Of a stretch of DNA of 64,000 nt, positions 35,908 through 49,559 are shown one piece after another. Position 1 is the stretch's first letter. Each line of letters starts with the position of its first letter. The translations under genes were made by a program, and so were the position numbers. The DNA comes from Nemertoderma westbladi. Its lineage: Eukaryota > Animalia > Xenacoelomorpha. Below the pieces are notes generated by a model. That model was given only the letters and a program-made list of their open reading frames with translations. It was not told the origin of the DNA and ran no database searches. The stretch lies in the NCBI GenBank assembly GCA_032718475.1, contig JAUCBJ010003016.1, forward strand, positions 17,892-81,891, in the 5' to 3' direction.

Positions 35908-36892
35908 CATGGGCGTGTCCAGAGGGGCAAAGGGGGCAAATGCCCCACCCCAAGATCCTTGGGGTAGGGCATCCCCCCCCCCCAAAGTGGGGCAAATACC
36001 TCCTTAGGATGCATCTATATTTGTGTAGTTGTGTATGATACCGTTTCAGTTTACCTGAGCTTACAGTAGTTCCCTTGTATAATTTTGTGTACACCAGACT
36101 TCCCGAGTCAAAATTGTTATTTTTGCTTTCAATAAAAGCATTAAAAATGTGTCTCCATCGATATTTCAACAATTAATGTACTATTAACTACTAGTAGTTG
36201 TACTGTAGTTCCAGCAAGGTGGTAGTGTGTCAAAGGTCGGCGTTTTATCACGTGTTGTCTCCAGCTGATGTTTAATGCTGATGCCCTAAGTTATCTTGTG
36301 TAACTAAACCGTAGCTATTTAGAAATAAACGTAATGTACCAAAATAATATGGTTATATTAAATAGAAAGAAGGCGGGGTAGCTGAGTTGGTTGAGCGCCG
36401 GGCCTGTATTCTAATAGTTGTAGGTTCGAGCCCGGGCAGTGTCCACTCAGCACTTCATCCCCAGGGGTCGATAAAATCGGGACTAGTCATAAAATGAGGA
36501 GTCTTCTGGTCGCCTCAGGCTTCGGCCCACGTTTAATTTGCTTGCTTCCAAATAGAATGAAAACTTTCTCTCAGCTATTCCTCAACGAAATTTGTATTTT
36601 CACACATATTTTGAATCCCTAAAACACTACCTTTCCAAATATACCAACGGCAACAAACCACTGTAGGTTTGACTAATAACTGCACTGCTAAGGTGGCAAA
36701 AATAAAAATGATGCTTCACCCAGAAGTAAGTAATCTCTATCACATTTCATGCATTCTCATGTGTAATTTGTCGAAAATTTGGGGGGGCGGGGAGGTCGCG
36801 TGCCCTGATTATGACACTACAGTATATATGGCAAACTATTTTTAATTCCAAAAGTTTGCCCCTCCCAAAGACAAATCATGGCTACGCCCCTG
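35908..36892. mobile_element. hAT-like MITE nested in the P-like element
   Basis: Termini CATGGGCGT / ACGCCCCTG and 8-bp TSD with one mismatch (TAAGGCAT / TTAGGCAT). Confidence 0.65.
36372..36549 (+). mobile_element. tRNA-derived SINE
   Basis: A box TAGCTGAGTTGG and B box GGTTCGAGCC. The body CCACTCAGCACTTCATCCCCAGGGGTCGATAAAAT resembles, from memory, the Meta-SINE central domain. Flanked by aaatagaa(a/t)gaa direct repeats. Confidence 0.75.
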
Positions 36893-38538
36893 TTAGGCAT
36901 TGATGCCTAACAGCATAATGCAGTCAGCAGTAATGGAATGCCTAACGCAGTAGTGCAGTGCACAGCACATACCACATTCCAGCATACAAAATAATACACT
37001 ACATTACCGGACCAATTACCGGAGAAATGTACTTACTAGCTGGCACTTTAACTTTTCGACTGACACATTGGCCATTTTTGAAAATACTAGAATTTTATAA
37101 ACCTTGCCAATGAAATCAGCACATTCTAAAACCTCAGTAGCCAAACTATATAAGGCCAAATTACCAGTTTTGGCTATTTGAAAATTTCGAGCTACTTGTA
37201 ATTTTGGTGCTCTTTTAGTGTCTATTATAAAATAAACAATGAAGATTTTATTCTAATTTCGCTTTCGATTACTAATAATTAATTCGACTAACCAAAAAAG
37301 CAAAATATGGTTTAATGGTTATACCAAAGTCTTGAAGGGTGATGCTTGTATTTTGAATAATTTTTATAAATTCCAAAAAGTGCTGATATGATATGGGTGC
37401 CAGGAATTCCTCATATCTCGAAAACTATTGGAGCTATTCCATTTTTATGTGTCTCATCTGAAAGAGGACATAATTTTAATTAGGGACAAGTACTTTCGAC
37501 GCGCTAGACCTATTGTTTCAGGGGTTCTATCTTAGAGAAATAACTGGCCCACTAAATTTAGGGGCTTTGCAGCAGCTTGGCGGGTCGTATCTATATAGTA
37601 GGTCATGATCTCAGGTTTCTTACATTAATACCAGGATTGAAACGCATACCTAATAGATGCATGGCGAAAATATAATTATTAGAAATATATGTAAGTGTAA
37701 TGGGATCCATAACAAATGAGCAAACCCTGTAATATGCCCACTAACAAACACCGAGAAGTGGGAAAACGTATTAAAGATAGCTAAATAAGGAATGGCTAAG
37801 GGCCATTACAGATCCAATAGTCAAGGTCGGCTTACGAGCTACTCCCGACACTAAAATGTAATTTTAATTGAAGCAAAAATTTACTACAGACTGTCATGTT
37901 AATCTAATGTGATTGGAATACGTACAGATTTTAAATCAAATTTCACAGCTTTCCCTTTGCAAGCCAGAGGGAACAAACAACCATATGATAGAATACCCCC
38001 TCCCCTGTTTACAGTTGAGATTGGGTGTGTGTGTGCATAGGCCGTATATGTGGTATTGGCTTGCTTGCACAATTTTTGTGATGTGCCGCCGCACTATAGC
38101 TCAAGATAAATTTTTTTAGCAAATTTTAATCTAAAGCATGCTTTCACATTCCTTTAATTAGTTTTAATTTAATTTCCTATGGATAATAAATAAATTATTA
38201 AATAAAGTAACGAATTATCACAATACAACTATTTCTGGAAGAAACAAATTTAATAAATATTATTGAACACTACACAGTAGTAGAAGTAGTAAGGGAATTA
38301 TACTTATACTTTCTAGGCAAAATTCCAATATTATTTAATGTTTAAGAATCCTAGAAAATATACTAAAAATTAATTGATGATTTATGACTCAGTGGTATAG
38401 GTCTGACGTTAATTTGTATCTTTTTAAAGTAACATAATATTATGAAAATGAAAAAGGTAATAAGGTATTTGTAAATAAAAAAAAGTCAAAGTAAAATTGC
38501 AATTGGTTTCCGACTCACTCTTTTAATTTTAACCTCAC

Positions 38539-38781
38539 CTGATCTTTTTCAATGATTTCGTGTAGCTGAGAAATGGAAACTCCGAATTCGAGGCATAGTA
38601 CCTCGGCGTGATGCGCCACTGGTCGGATTTCCTTTGTATAGTTTCGAGAAGAAAATAAATTCACAATGAGTTGGTGTTCATATGTGGTCTCATTGGTCAT
38701 GGCAACAGCTACCGGAAGCAATCCTCCATAGATACAGACGAAACCCAATATAAGACCAGAAATCCGCCAATTTAAATACAT
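38539..38781 (-). CDS. nAChR alpha subunit, coding exon 1 (signal peptide + N-terminal helix)
   Basis: Hydrophobic leader, EHQLIVNLF..NYTKEIRPV, SISQLHEIIEKDQ. Donor CAG|gtgag at 38538; 243 nt. The four exons sum to 1569 nt in frame (522 aa). Confidence 0.92.
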
Positions 38782-38822
38782 TCTTATCCAATATGTAAAG
38801 TTAAGTTAACTATATTATCTAC

Positions 38823-39327
38823 GTCAATAATTACATATCGTATCAAGCACGTTAAGTAAAAACCTTACCGGTAGGTGTGTTAGTACCAAAGTATGAAGTA
38901 CGAACAGGGTAAGACTGTGCATAACCACATCATGACTCATATATACATAGCCATATATACACGTTGGCTGACTGACTGGCGTGAATTGTTTAAACATTTC
39001 AAAGTAATTGCTAGACACCCATTGCGGCCAGTCTTGCAAAAGCTTGAAATGTATTACATTCAAACACGTAAGCCCGCTATCAACAAGCAGAAACGTGATT
39101 GTCGTAAGTTTGTGGTGCTGCTTCCCAGTGGTTAGTTACTTACCTTACAGACCTCTCTCTTCATTCAATACTCGTTCTGTCTCCCTTTGTGAATTTCTCT
39201 GTACATTTCCTTCCTTGGCCTCCTGAGAATGCCTTCAGCTGCGGGGCGAAACCTACCGATCAGCTAGCTGCTGTCAGCTGATCACTGATAGCATGCAACG
39301 TCTAGGTCCTGTTGCTTTTTAGTTTTA
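38823..39327 (+). mobile_element. 5'-truncated Penelope-like element remnant
   Basis: 12-bp TSD TATATTATCTAC (38811-38822 / 39328-39339). The ORF ending HFKVIAR...LQKLEMYYIQTRKPAINKQ resembles the PLE GIY-YIG C-terminus. A degenerate hammerhead-like core lies downstream. Confidence 0.7.
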
Positions 39328-39934
39328 TATATTATCTACAATATGACCCGGAGTGGGTGGTTTAGTGCTACAGAACAATTTATTTTACAGAAGGCCTACA
39401 GACGTACAGTACAGTTTACAGTACGGTAGTTGGGAGATGTGGGAGGTTGGAGGTGTGGGATTAAATTATTATGGATAAAGCCAATAGTTTATTTTGGCGA
39501 AACGTTATTTATAAATTGTTATTGAACAATTGATTTTGGAGTGACTCAGAAGGGACGAATCACGTATGTGAGAGCTGTGTGGAATTTGTTTTTACAGTAA
39601 ATCACTAAAATGAAACCATATAATTTATTGTGATATAATTAATGTACTGACGGGCCGCAGGAACCGGTAGTAATATGCCTGGCTTGGCCTTACAACTACC
39701 GAACAAGAAGCCATCTCTTCATTTAGCAGTTTCTGTGGGTGATGATTGTTGTCCTTTTATTCGCAGAATAAATAACTCCAAACTCGATTACAATTTAGCA
39801 ATATAAATTACAAAACATATAACTCATCAAACAACTCATGTCGTTAAAATTTTAAACTATTCGGTATTTATGATTATAAAATTGCATAAACACAATCTGA
39901 AATTCGTTGACAATTAGCTGTGATATGTGCGTTT

Positions 39935-41335
39935 AAAAGTTACATGGTTGTGCATCTGGGCAGGGCTATTTTATTATATTTAATAAATACACCATATTCT
40001 GGAATATTTTGTTTATTGCATACTTAGCTGGGCAACCTGGAGCAACCAAGCCATGTCCTGGAATAGTGTCGTTATTCAGGTACCTGCCCCACCCCCCCCC
40101 CCCCCCCCCCAATTTTTCTACAAATCTTAATGAGATTGCATTAAATTTGAAACTGAGATGGTTTCACCTCCCTCCTCCTTGCTGGGTGAGCTAGAATTTT
40201 TATTTTCGCTTTCATTTTTTAGCTACAAGCGTTTAAAAAAGGTGTCGCCGGTGATATTTCACCAGTTACACTGCAGTTATTCTTCAACCTTATAGTGATT
40301 TGTTGATATTGATGAAAGCTAGCCATGTAAGGATTCCAAATATGTAACATAATCTGAATTTACGAAAACTGGTCACTAGTAAAAGATCCAGTTTTACACA
40401 CACCTTAAAGATTTGAAGCCTTAATCTGAATTTGGTTGGGAAATAACTGAGATATGAGCGTTCAAAAGTTGCATGGTTTTGCATCTGCATGAGGCTAATT
40501 TATTCTATTAAATAAAAACACTTTATTCTAGAACATTTTGTTTATTTATGAATAGCTACGAAAGAGGTATTGCATTGTTGCCCAGCTACGTATGGAATAA
40601 ACAAAATGTTCTAGAATATGGTGCATTAATTAAATAGAATAAATGGCCTGCAGGGGAAGGGAAACAAATACATGCAACATTCGAATGACCATATCTCAGG
40701 TATTTCCTAATCAAATTCAAATATTTTTACATATTTGGAATCCTTGCATGGGCATCTTTCTATTGGTACCATCAAATCACTATAAGGTTGAAGAATGATT
40801 GCACTGTGACCTGTGAAATATCGCCGGAGACACCTTTTTCAAACGCTTGCGGGAGGTGAAACTGTCTCTTTCAAATTTCATGCAAACTTATTAAGATTTG
40901 TAGAAAACAATAGGGGGGCAGGTACCTGAATAACGACACTATATTCCAGGTGATGTAATCATGTATTCCATGTAATCAAGTTAATACGTAGCTAATTCAT
41001 ACTTAAACAAAATGTTCCAGAATATGGGATATAGATTAAAATAGTCTCGCGCTGCTACAAAACAATGCATCTTTCTTACGTTTATATCTCAGCGGAAGAA
41101 TAACTGCGGTGTAACTGGTGCAATATCGACGGAGACAACTTTTTTAAACGCTTGTTTCTAAGAAATGAGTGCAAATGTAAAAATTCTGACTCACTCACCA
41201 CGGAGGAGCAGTTGAGTGAAACCATCTATCTTTCAAATTTCATGGATCATGGAATCTCATTAAGATTAGGGGAATAGGGGGGGGGGGGGGGGGGGGTGTA
41301 CCAAAATAACGACACTATATTACAGGACATATTAT
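39935..41335. mobile_element. Palindromic/foldback MITE-like element(s)
   Basis: ~39990-40500 is inverted relative to ~40590-41030 (e.g. gtgtcgttattcaggtacctgcccc / ggggcaggtacctgaataacgacac), with a further partial arm to ~41330. Confidence 0.65.
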
Positions 41336-41728
41336 TGAAATGTGGTATTCGAATAGTTAAATAAACGGTTTTATTATAAGGAACCGTAAGCCTACTATTA
41401 ACTGAATAATAGGTTCACACCAGTCGAGCAGTCCAATCAATCAATCATGACACCGAAGAGAGAAGAAGTTTCACTAATATCGTACCCCTACGCCAAGACT
41501 CACTATACTTAGTAGTGGTTCGCAATATTCTCCTCTATAAATTAATTTAAAATCAAAACAAAAGCAAAGGATGCCATTTAGCTAATCTAAGGAGAGAATA
41601 ATAGTCATAGAAAATAATAAAAGAATCCCCGCAATGCCACTAATCAGGCAAAAGGGCATCAATAATGAACTCTTCAGAAATGAGACAGATTCTACTCTAT
41701 ACCAGAATAATTAATACTTCTAGTATTA

Positions 41729-44700
41729 ATGTATCTATGTATCAACGTTGTACCCATGTGCCTGCCCTGCACCCAGATCCACCTACCTATCTATGTATCT
41801 ACGTTGTACCCGTGTGCCTGCCCCGCACCCAGATCCACCTACCTATCTATGTATCTACGTTGTACCCGTGTGCCTGCCCCGCACCCAGATCCACCTACCT
41901 ATCTATGTATCTACGTTGTACCCGTGTGCCTGCCAGGCACCCAGATCCACCTACTTATCTATGTATCTACGTTGTACCCGTGTGCCTGCCCCGCACCCAG
42001 ATCCACCTACCTATCTATATATCAACGTTGTACCCGTGTGCCTGCCCCGCACCCAGATCCACCTACCTATCTATGTATCTACGTTGTACCCGTGTGCCTG
42101 CCCCGCACCCAGATCCACCTACTTATCTATGTATCTACGTTGTACCCGTGTGCCTGCCCTGCCCCGCACCCAGATCCACCTACTTATCTATGTATCTACG
42201 TTGTACCCGTGTGCCTGGCCCGCACCCAGATCCACCTACCTATCTATGTATCTACGTTGTACCCGTGTGCCTGCCCCGCACCCAGATCCACCTACCTATC
42301 TATGTATCTACGTTGTACCCGTGTGCCTGCCAGGCACCCAGATCCACCTACTTATCTATGTATCTACGTTGTACCCGTGTGCCTGCCCCGCACCCAGATC
42401 CACCTACCTATCTATGTATCTACGTTGTACCCGTGTGCCTGCCCCGCACCCAGATCCACCTACCTATCTATATATCTACGTTGTACCCGTGTGCCTGCCC
42501 CGCACCCAGATCCACCTACCTATATATGTATCTACGTTGTACCCGTGTGCCTGCCCCGCACCCAGATCCACCTACCTATCTATGTATCTACGTTGTACCC
42601 GTGTGCCTGCCCCGCACCCAGATCCACCTACCTATCTATGTATCTACGTTGTACCCGTGTGACTGCCCCGCACCCAGATCCACCTACTTATCTATGTATC
42701 TACGTTGTACCCGTGTGCCTGCCCCGCACCCAGATCCACCTACCTATCTATGTATCTACGTTGTACCCGTGTGCCTGCCCCGCACCCAGATCCTCCTACT
42801 TATCTATGTATCTACGTTGTACCCGTGTGCCTGCCCCGCACCCAGATCCACATACCTATCTATGTATCTACGTTGTACCCGTGTGCCTGCCCCGCACCCA
42901 GTTCCACCTACCTATCTATGTATCTACGTTGTACCCGTGTGCCTGCCCTGCCCTGCGCCCAGATCCACCTACTTATCTATGTATCTACGTTGTACCCGTG
43001 TGCCTGCCAGGCACCCAGATCCACCTACTTATCTATGTATCTACGTTGTACCCGTGTGCCTGCCCTGCCCCGCACCCAGATCCACCTACTTGACTATGTA
43101 TTTACGTTGTACCCGTGTGCCTGCCAGGCACCCAGATCCACCTACCTATCTATGTATCTACGTTGTACCCGTGTGCCTGCCCCGCACCCAGTTCCACCTA
43201 CCTATCTATGTATCTACGTTGTACCCGTGTGCCTGCCCTGCCCTTGCGCCCAGATCCACCTACTTATCTATGTATCTACGTTGTACCCGTGTGCCTGCCA
43301 GGCACCCAGATCCACCTACCTCTCTATGTATCTACGTTGTACCCGTGTGTCTGCCCTGCCCTGCACCCAGATCCACCTACCTATATATGTATCTACGTTG
43401 TACCCGTGTGACTGCCAAGAACCCAGATTCACCTACCTATCTATGTATCTCCGTTGTACCCGTGTGACTGCCAGGCACCCAGATCCACCTACCTATCTAT
43501 GTATCTACGTTGTACCCGTGTGGCTGCCAAGCACCCAGATCCACCTACCTATCTATGTATCTACGTTGTACCCGTGTGCCTGCCCTGCACCCAGATCCAC
43601 CTACTTATCTATGTATCTACGTTGTACCCGTGTGTTGTACCCGTGTGCCTGCCCGGCACCCAGATCCATCAACCTATCTATGTATCTACGTTATACCCGT
43701 GTGCCGCCCGGCACCCAGATCCATCTACCTATCTATGTATCTACGTTGTACCCGTGTGCCTGCCAGGCACCCAGATCCACCTACCTATCTATGTATCTAC
43801 GTTATACCCGTGTGCCGCCCTGCACCCAGATCCACCAACTTATCTATGTATCTACGTTGCACCCGTGTGCCTGCCCTGCACCCAGATCCACCTACTTAGC
43901 TATGGATCTACGTTGTACCCGTGTGTTGTACCCGTGTGCCTGCCAAGCACCCAGATCCACCTACCTATCTATGTATCTACGTTGTACCCGTGTGCCTGCC
44001 CTGCACCCAGATCCACCTACTTATCTATGTATCTACGTTGTACCCGTGTGTTGTACCCGTGTGCCTGCCCGGCACCCAGATCCATCTACCTATCTATGTA
44101 TCTACGTTGTACCCGTGTGCCTGCCAGGCACCCAGATCCACCTACTTATCTATGTATCTACGTTGTACCCGTGTGCCTGCCAGGCACCCAGATCCACCTA
44201 CTTATCTATGTATATACGTTGTACCCGTGTGTCTGCCCTGCCCTGCACCCAGATCCACCAACTTATCTATGTATCTACGTTGTACCCGTGTGCCTGCCCT
44301 GCACCCAGATCCACCTACCTCTCTATGTATCTACGTTGTACCCGTGTGCCTGCCCTGCACCCAGATCCACCTACCTATCTATGTATCTACGTTGTACCCG
44401 TGTACCTGCCAGGCACCCAGATCCACCTACCTATCTATGTATCTACGTTGTACCCGTGTGCCTGCCAGGCACCCAGATCCACCTACCTATCTATGTATCT
44501 ACGTTGTACCCGTGTGCCTGCCAGGCACCCAGATCCACCTACTTATCTATGTATATACGTTGTACCCGTGTGTCTGCCCTGCCCTGCACCCAGATCCACC
44601 AACTTATCTATGTATCTACGTTGTACCCGTGTGCCTGCCCTGCACCCAGATCCACCTACCTATCTATGTATCTACGTTGTACCCGTGTGCCTGCCCTGCC

Positions 44701-47700
44701 CTGCCCTGCGCCCAGATCCACCTACCTATCCATGTATCTACGTTGTACCCGTGTGCCTGCCAGGCACCCAGATCCACCTACTTATCTATGTATCTACGTT
44801 GTACCCGTGTGCCTGCCCCGCACCCAGATCCACCTACCTATCTATGTATCTACGTTGTACCCGTGTGCCTGCCCGGCACCCAGATCCACCTACTTATCTA
44901 TGTATCTACGTTGTACCCGTGTGTTGTACCCGTGTGCCTGCCCGGCACCCAGATCCATCTACCTATCTATGTATCTACGTTGTACCCGTGTGCCTGCCCC
45001 GCACCCAGATCCACCTACCTATCTATGTATCTACGTTGTACCCGTGTGCCTGCCCCGCACCCAGATCCACCTACCTATCTATGTATCTACGTTGTACCCT
45101 TGTGCCTGCCCGGCACCCAGATCCACCTACTTATCTATGTATCTACGTTGTACCCGTGTGCCTGCCAGGCACCCAGATCCACCTACTTATCTATGTATCT
45201 ACGTTGTACCCGTGTGCCTGCCAGGCACCCAGATCCACCTACTTATCTATGTATCTACGTTGTACCCGTGTGCCTGCCAGGCACCCAGATCCACCTACCT
45301 ATCTAGGTATCTACGTTGTACCCGTGTGCCTGCCCGGCGCCCAGATCCACCTACCTATACATGTATCTACGTTGTACCCGTGTGCCTGCCAGGCACCCAG
45401 ATCCACCTACTTATCTATGTATCTACGTTGTACCCGTGTGCCTGCCCGGCACCCAGATCCACCTACTTATCTATGTATCTACGTTGTACCCGTGTGCCTG
45501 CCAGGCACCCAGATCCACCTACTTATCTATGTATCTACGTTGTACCCGTGTGCCTGCCAGGCACCCAGATCCACCTACTTATCTATGTATCTACGTTGTA
45601 CCCGTGTGCCTGCCCGGCGCCCAGATCCACCTACCTATCCATGTATCTACGTTGTACCCGTGTGCCTGCCAGGCACCCAGATCCACCTACTTATCTATGT
45701 ATCTACGTTGTACCCGTGTGCCTGCCAGGCACCCAGATCCACCTACTTATCTATGTATATACGTTGTACCCGTGTGTCTGCCCTGCCCTGCACCCAGATC
45801 CACCAACTTATCTATGTATCTACGTTGTACCCGTGTGCCTGCCCTGCACCCAGATCCACCTACCTCTCTATGTATCTACGTTGTACCCGTGTGCCTGCCC
45901 TGCACCCAGATCCACCTACCTATCTATGTATCTACGTTGTACCCGTGTACCTGCCAGGCACCCAGATCCACCTACCTATCTATGTATCTACGTTGTACCC
46001 GTGTGCCTGCCAGGCACCCAGATCCACCTACCTATCTATGTATCTACGTTGTACCCGTGTGCCTGCCAGGCACCCAGATCCACCTACTTATCTATGTATA
46101 TACGTTGTACCCGTGTGTCTGCCCTGCCCTGCACCCAGATCCACCAACTTATCTATGTATCTACGTTGTACCCGTGTGCCTGCCCTGCACCCAGATCCAC
46201 CTACCTATCTATGTATCTACGTTGTACCCGTGTGCCTGCCCTGCCCTGCCCTGCGCCCAGATCCACCTACCTATCCATGTATCTACGTTGTACCCGTGTG
46301 CCTGCCAGGCACCCAGATCCACCTACTTATCTATGTATCTACGTTGTACCCGTGTGCCTGCCCCGCACCCAGATCCACCTACCTATCTATGTATCTACGT
46401 TGTACCCGTGTGCCTGCCCGGCACCCAGATCCACCTACTTATCTATGTATCTACGTTGTACCCGTGTGTTGTACCCGTGTGCCTGCCCGGCACCCAGATC
46501 CATCTACCTATCTATGTATCTACGTTGTACCCGTGTGCCTGCCCCGCACCCAGATCCACCTACCTATCTATGTATCTACGTTGTACCCGTGTGCCTGCCC
46601 CGCACCCAGATCCACCTACCTATCTATGTATCTACGTTGTACCCTTGTGCCTGCCCCGCACCCAGATCCACCTACCTATCTATGTATCTACGTTGTACCC
46701 GTGTGCCTGCCAGGCACCCAGATCTACCTACCTATCTATGTATCTACGTTGTACCCGTGTGCCTGCCCCGCACCCAGATCCACCTACCTATCTATGTATC
46801 TACGTTGTACCCGTGTGCCTGCCAGGCACCCAGATCCACCTACCTATCTATGTATCTACGTTGTACCCGTGTGCCTGCCCCGCACCCAGATCCACCTACC
46901 TATCTATGTATCTACGTTGTACCCGTGTGCCTGCCAGGCACCCAGATCCACCTACCTATCTATGTATCTACGTTGTACCCGTGTGCCTACCCTGTCCTGC
47001 ACCCAGATCCACCTACCTATCTATGTATCTACGTTGTACCCGTGTGCCTGCCCTGCACCCAGATCCACCTACCTATCTATGTATCTACGTTGTACCCGTG
47101 TGCCTGCCAGGCACCCAGATCCACCTACCTATCTATGTATCTACGTTGTACCCGTGTGCCTGCCCTGTCCTGCACCCAGATCCACCTACCTATCTATGTA
47201 TCTACGTTGTACCCGTGTGCCTGCCCTGCACCCAGATCCACCTACTTATCTATTTATCTACGTTGTACCCGTGTGCCTGCCCCGCACCCAGATCCACCTA
47301 CCTATCTATGTATATACGTTGTACCCGTGTGTCTGCCCTGCCCTGCACCCAGATCCACCTACCTATCTATGTATCTACGTTGTACCCGTGTGCCTGCCAG
47401 GCACCCAGATCCACCTACCTATCTATGTATCTACGTTGTACCCGTGTGCCTGCCCCGCACCCAGATCCACCTACCTATCTATGTATCTACGTTGTACCCG
47501 TGTGCCTGCCAGGCACCCAGACCCACCTACCTATCTATGTATCTACGTTGTACCCGTGTGCCTGCCCTGCACCCAGATCCACCTACCTATCTATGTATCT
47601 ACGTTGTACCTGTGTGCCTGCCAGGCACCCAGATCCACCTACTTATCTATTTATCTACGTTGTACCCGTGTGCCTGCCCCGCACCCAGATCCACCTACCT

Positions 47701-49477
47701 ATCTATGTATCTACGTTGTACCCGTGTGCCTGCCCCGCACCCAGATCCACCTACCTATCTATGTATCTACGTTGTACCCGTGTGCCTGCCAGGCACCCAG
47801 ATCCACCTACCTATCTATGTATCTACGTTGTACCCGTGTGCCTGCCCCGCACCCAGATCCACCTACCTATCTATGTATCTACGTTGTACCCGTGTGCCTG
47901 CCAGGCACCCAGATCCACCTACCTATCTATGTATCTACGTTGTACCCGTGTGCCTACCCTGTCCTGCACCCAGATCCACCTACCTATCTATGTATCTACG
48001 TTGTACCCGTGTGCCTGCCCTGCACCCAGATCCACCTACCTATCTATGTATCTACGTTGTACCCGTGTGCCTGCCAGGCACCCAGATCCACCTACCTATC
48101 TATGTATCTACGTTGTACCCGTGTGCCTGCCCTGTCCTGCACCCAGATCCACCTACCTATCTATGTATCTACGTTGTACCCGTGTGCCTGCCCTGCACCC
48201 AGATCCACCTACTTATCTATGTATCTACGTTATACCCGTGTGTTGTACCCGTGTGCCTGCCAGGCACCCAGATCCACCTACCTATCTATGTATCTACGTT
48301 GTACCCGTGTGCCTGCCCCGCACCCAGAACCACCAACCTATCTATGTATCTACGTTGTACCCGTGTGCCTGCCCCGCACCCAGATCCACCTACCTATCTA
48401 TGTATCTACGTTGTACCCGTGTGTTGTACCCGTGTGCCTGCCAGGCACCCAGATCCACCTACCTATCTATGTATCTACGTTGTACCCGTGTGCCTGCCCC
48501 GCACCCAGATCCACCTACCTATCTATGTATCTACGTTGTACCCGTGTGCCTGCCCCGCACCCAGAACCACCTACCTATCTATGTATCTACGTTGTACCCG
48601 TGTGCCTGCCCCGCACCCAGATCCACCTACCTATCTATGTATCTACGTTGTACCCGTGTGCCTGCCCCGCACCCAGATCCACCTACCTATCTATGTATCT
48701 ACGTTGTACCCGTGTGCCTGCCAGGCACCCAGACCCACCTACCTATCTATGTATCTACGTTGTACCCGTGTGCCTGCCCTGCACCCAGATCCACCTACCT
48801 ATCTATGTATCTACGTTGTACCTGTGTGCCTGCCAGGCACCCAGATCCACCTACTTATCTATTTATCTACGTTGTACCCGTGTGCCTGCCCCGCACCCAG
48901 ATCCACCTACCTATCTATGTATATACGTTGTACCCGTGTGTCTGCCCTGCCCTGCACCCAGATCCACCTACCTATCTATGTATCTACGTTGTACCCGTGT
49001 GCCTGCCAGGCACCCAGATCCACCTACCTATCTATGTATCTACGTTGTACCCGTGTGCCTGCCAGGCACCCAGATCCACCTACTTATCTATGTATCTACG
49101 TTGTACCCGTGTGCCTGCCCTGCACCCAGATCCATCTACCTATCTATGTATCTACGTTCTACCCGTGTGCCTGCCAGGCACCCAGATCCACCTACCTATC
49201 TATGTATCTACGTTGTACCCGTGTGCCTGCCCTGCACCCAGATCCACCTACATATCTATGTATCTACGTTTTACCCGTGTGCCTGCCCCGCACCCAGATC
49301 CACCTACCTATCTATGTATCTACGTTGTACCCGTGTGCCTGCCCCGCACCCAGATCCACCTACCTATCTATTTATCTACGTTGTACCCGTGTGCCTGCCA
49401 GGCACCCAGATCCACCTACCTATCTATGGATCTACGTTGTACCCGTGTGCCTGCCAGGCACCCAGATCCACCTACCT
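41729..49477. repeat. 56-bp satellite array (~7.7 kb, roughly 135-140 copies)
   Basis: Unit TGCCTGCCCCGCACCCAGATCCACCTACCTATCTATGTATCTACGTTGTACCCGTG. Confidence 0.98.
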
Positions 49478-49559
49478 GGAATAAACCTAGAATTATCTTT
49501 CACCGGTACGTCTATGTATTTTACTTTGAAATACTATCGTGAAGTAGGGTGAGTGGCGA

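Larger units (their letters stand above)
34211..37607. mobile_element. Non-autonomous DNA transposon with ~460-500-bp TIRs (P-element-like)
   Basis: Termini CATGACC...GGTCATG and 7-bp TSD ATCTCAG (34204-34210 / 37608-37614). 34211-34670 is inverted relative to ~37107-37607. No transposase seen. Confidence 0.8.

Noticed and set aside
36372-36450. tRNA gene
   Set aside because: A/B boxes are present, but there is no proper acceptor or anticodon stem, and it continues into a SINE body.
41665-49552. Giant Cys/Pro/Tyr-rich ORFs (up to 2259 aa)
   Set aside because: All three frames give the same cyclic peptide because the 56-bp unit has no stop codon and is not a multiple of 3; this is a satellite artefact.
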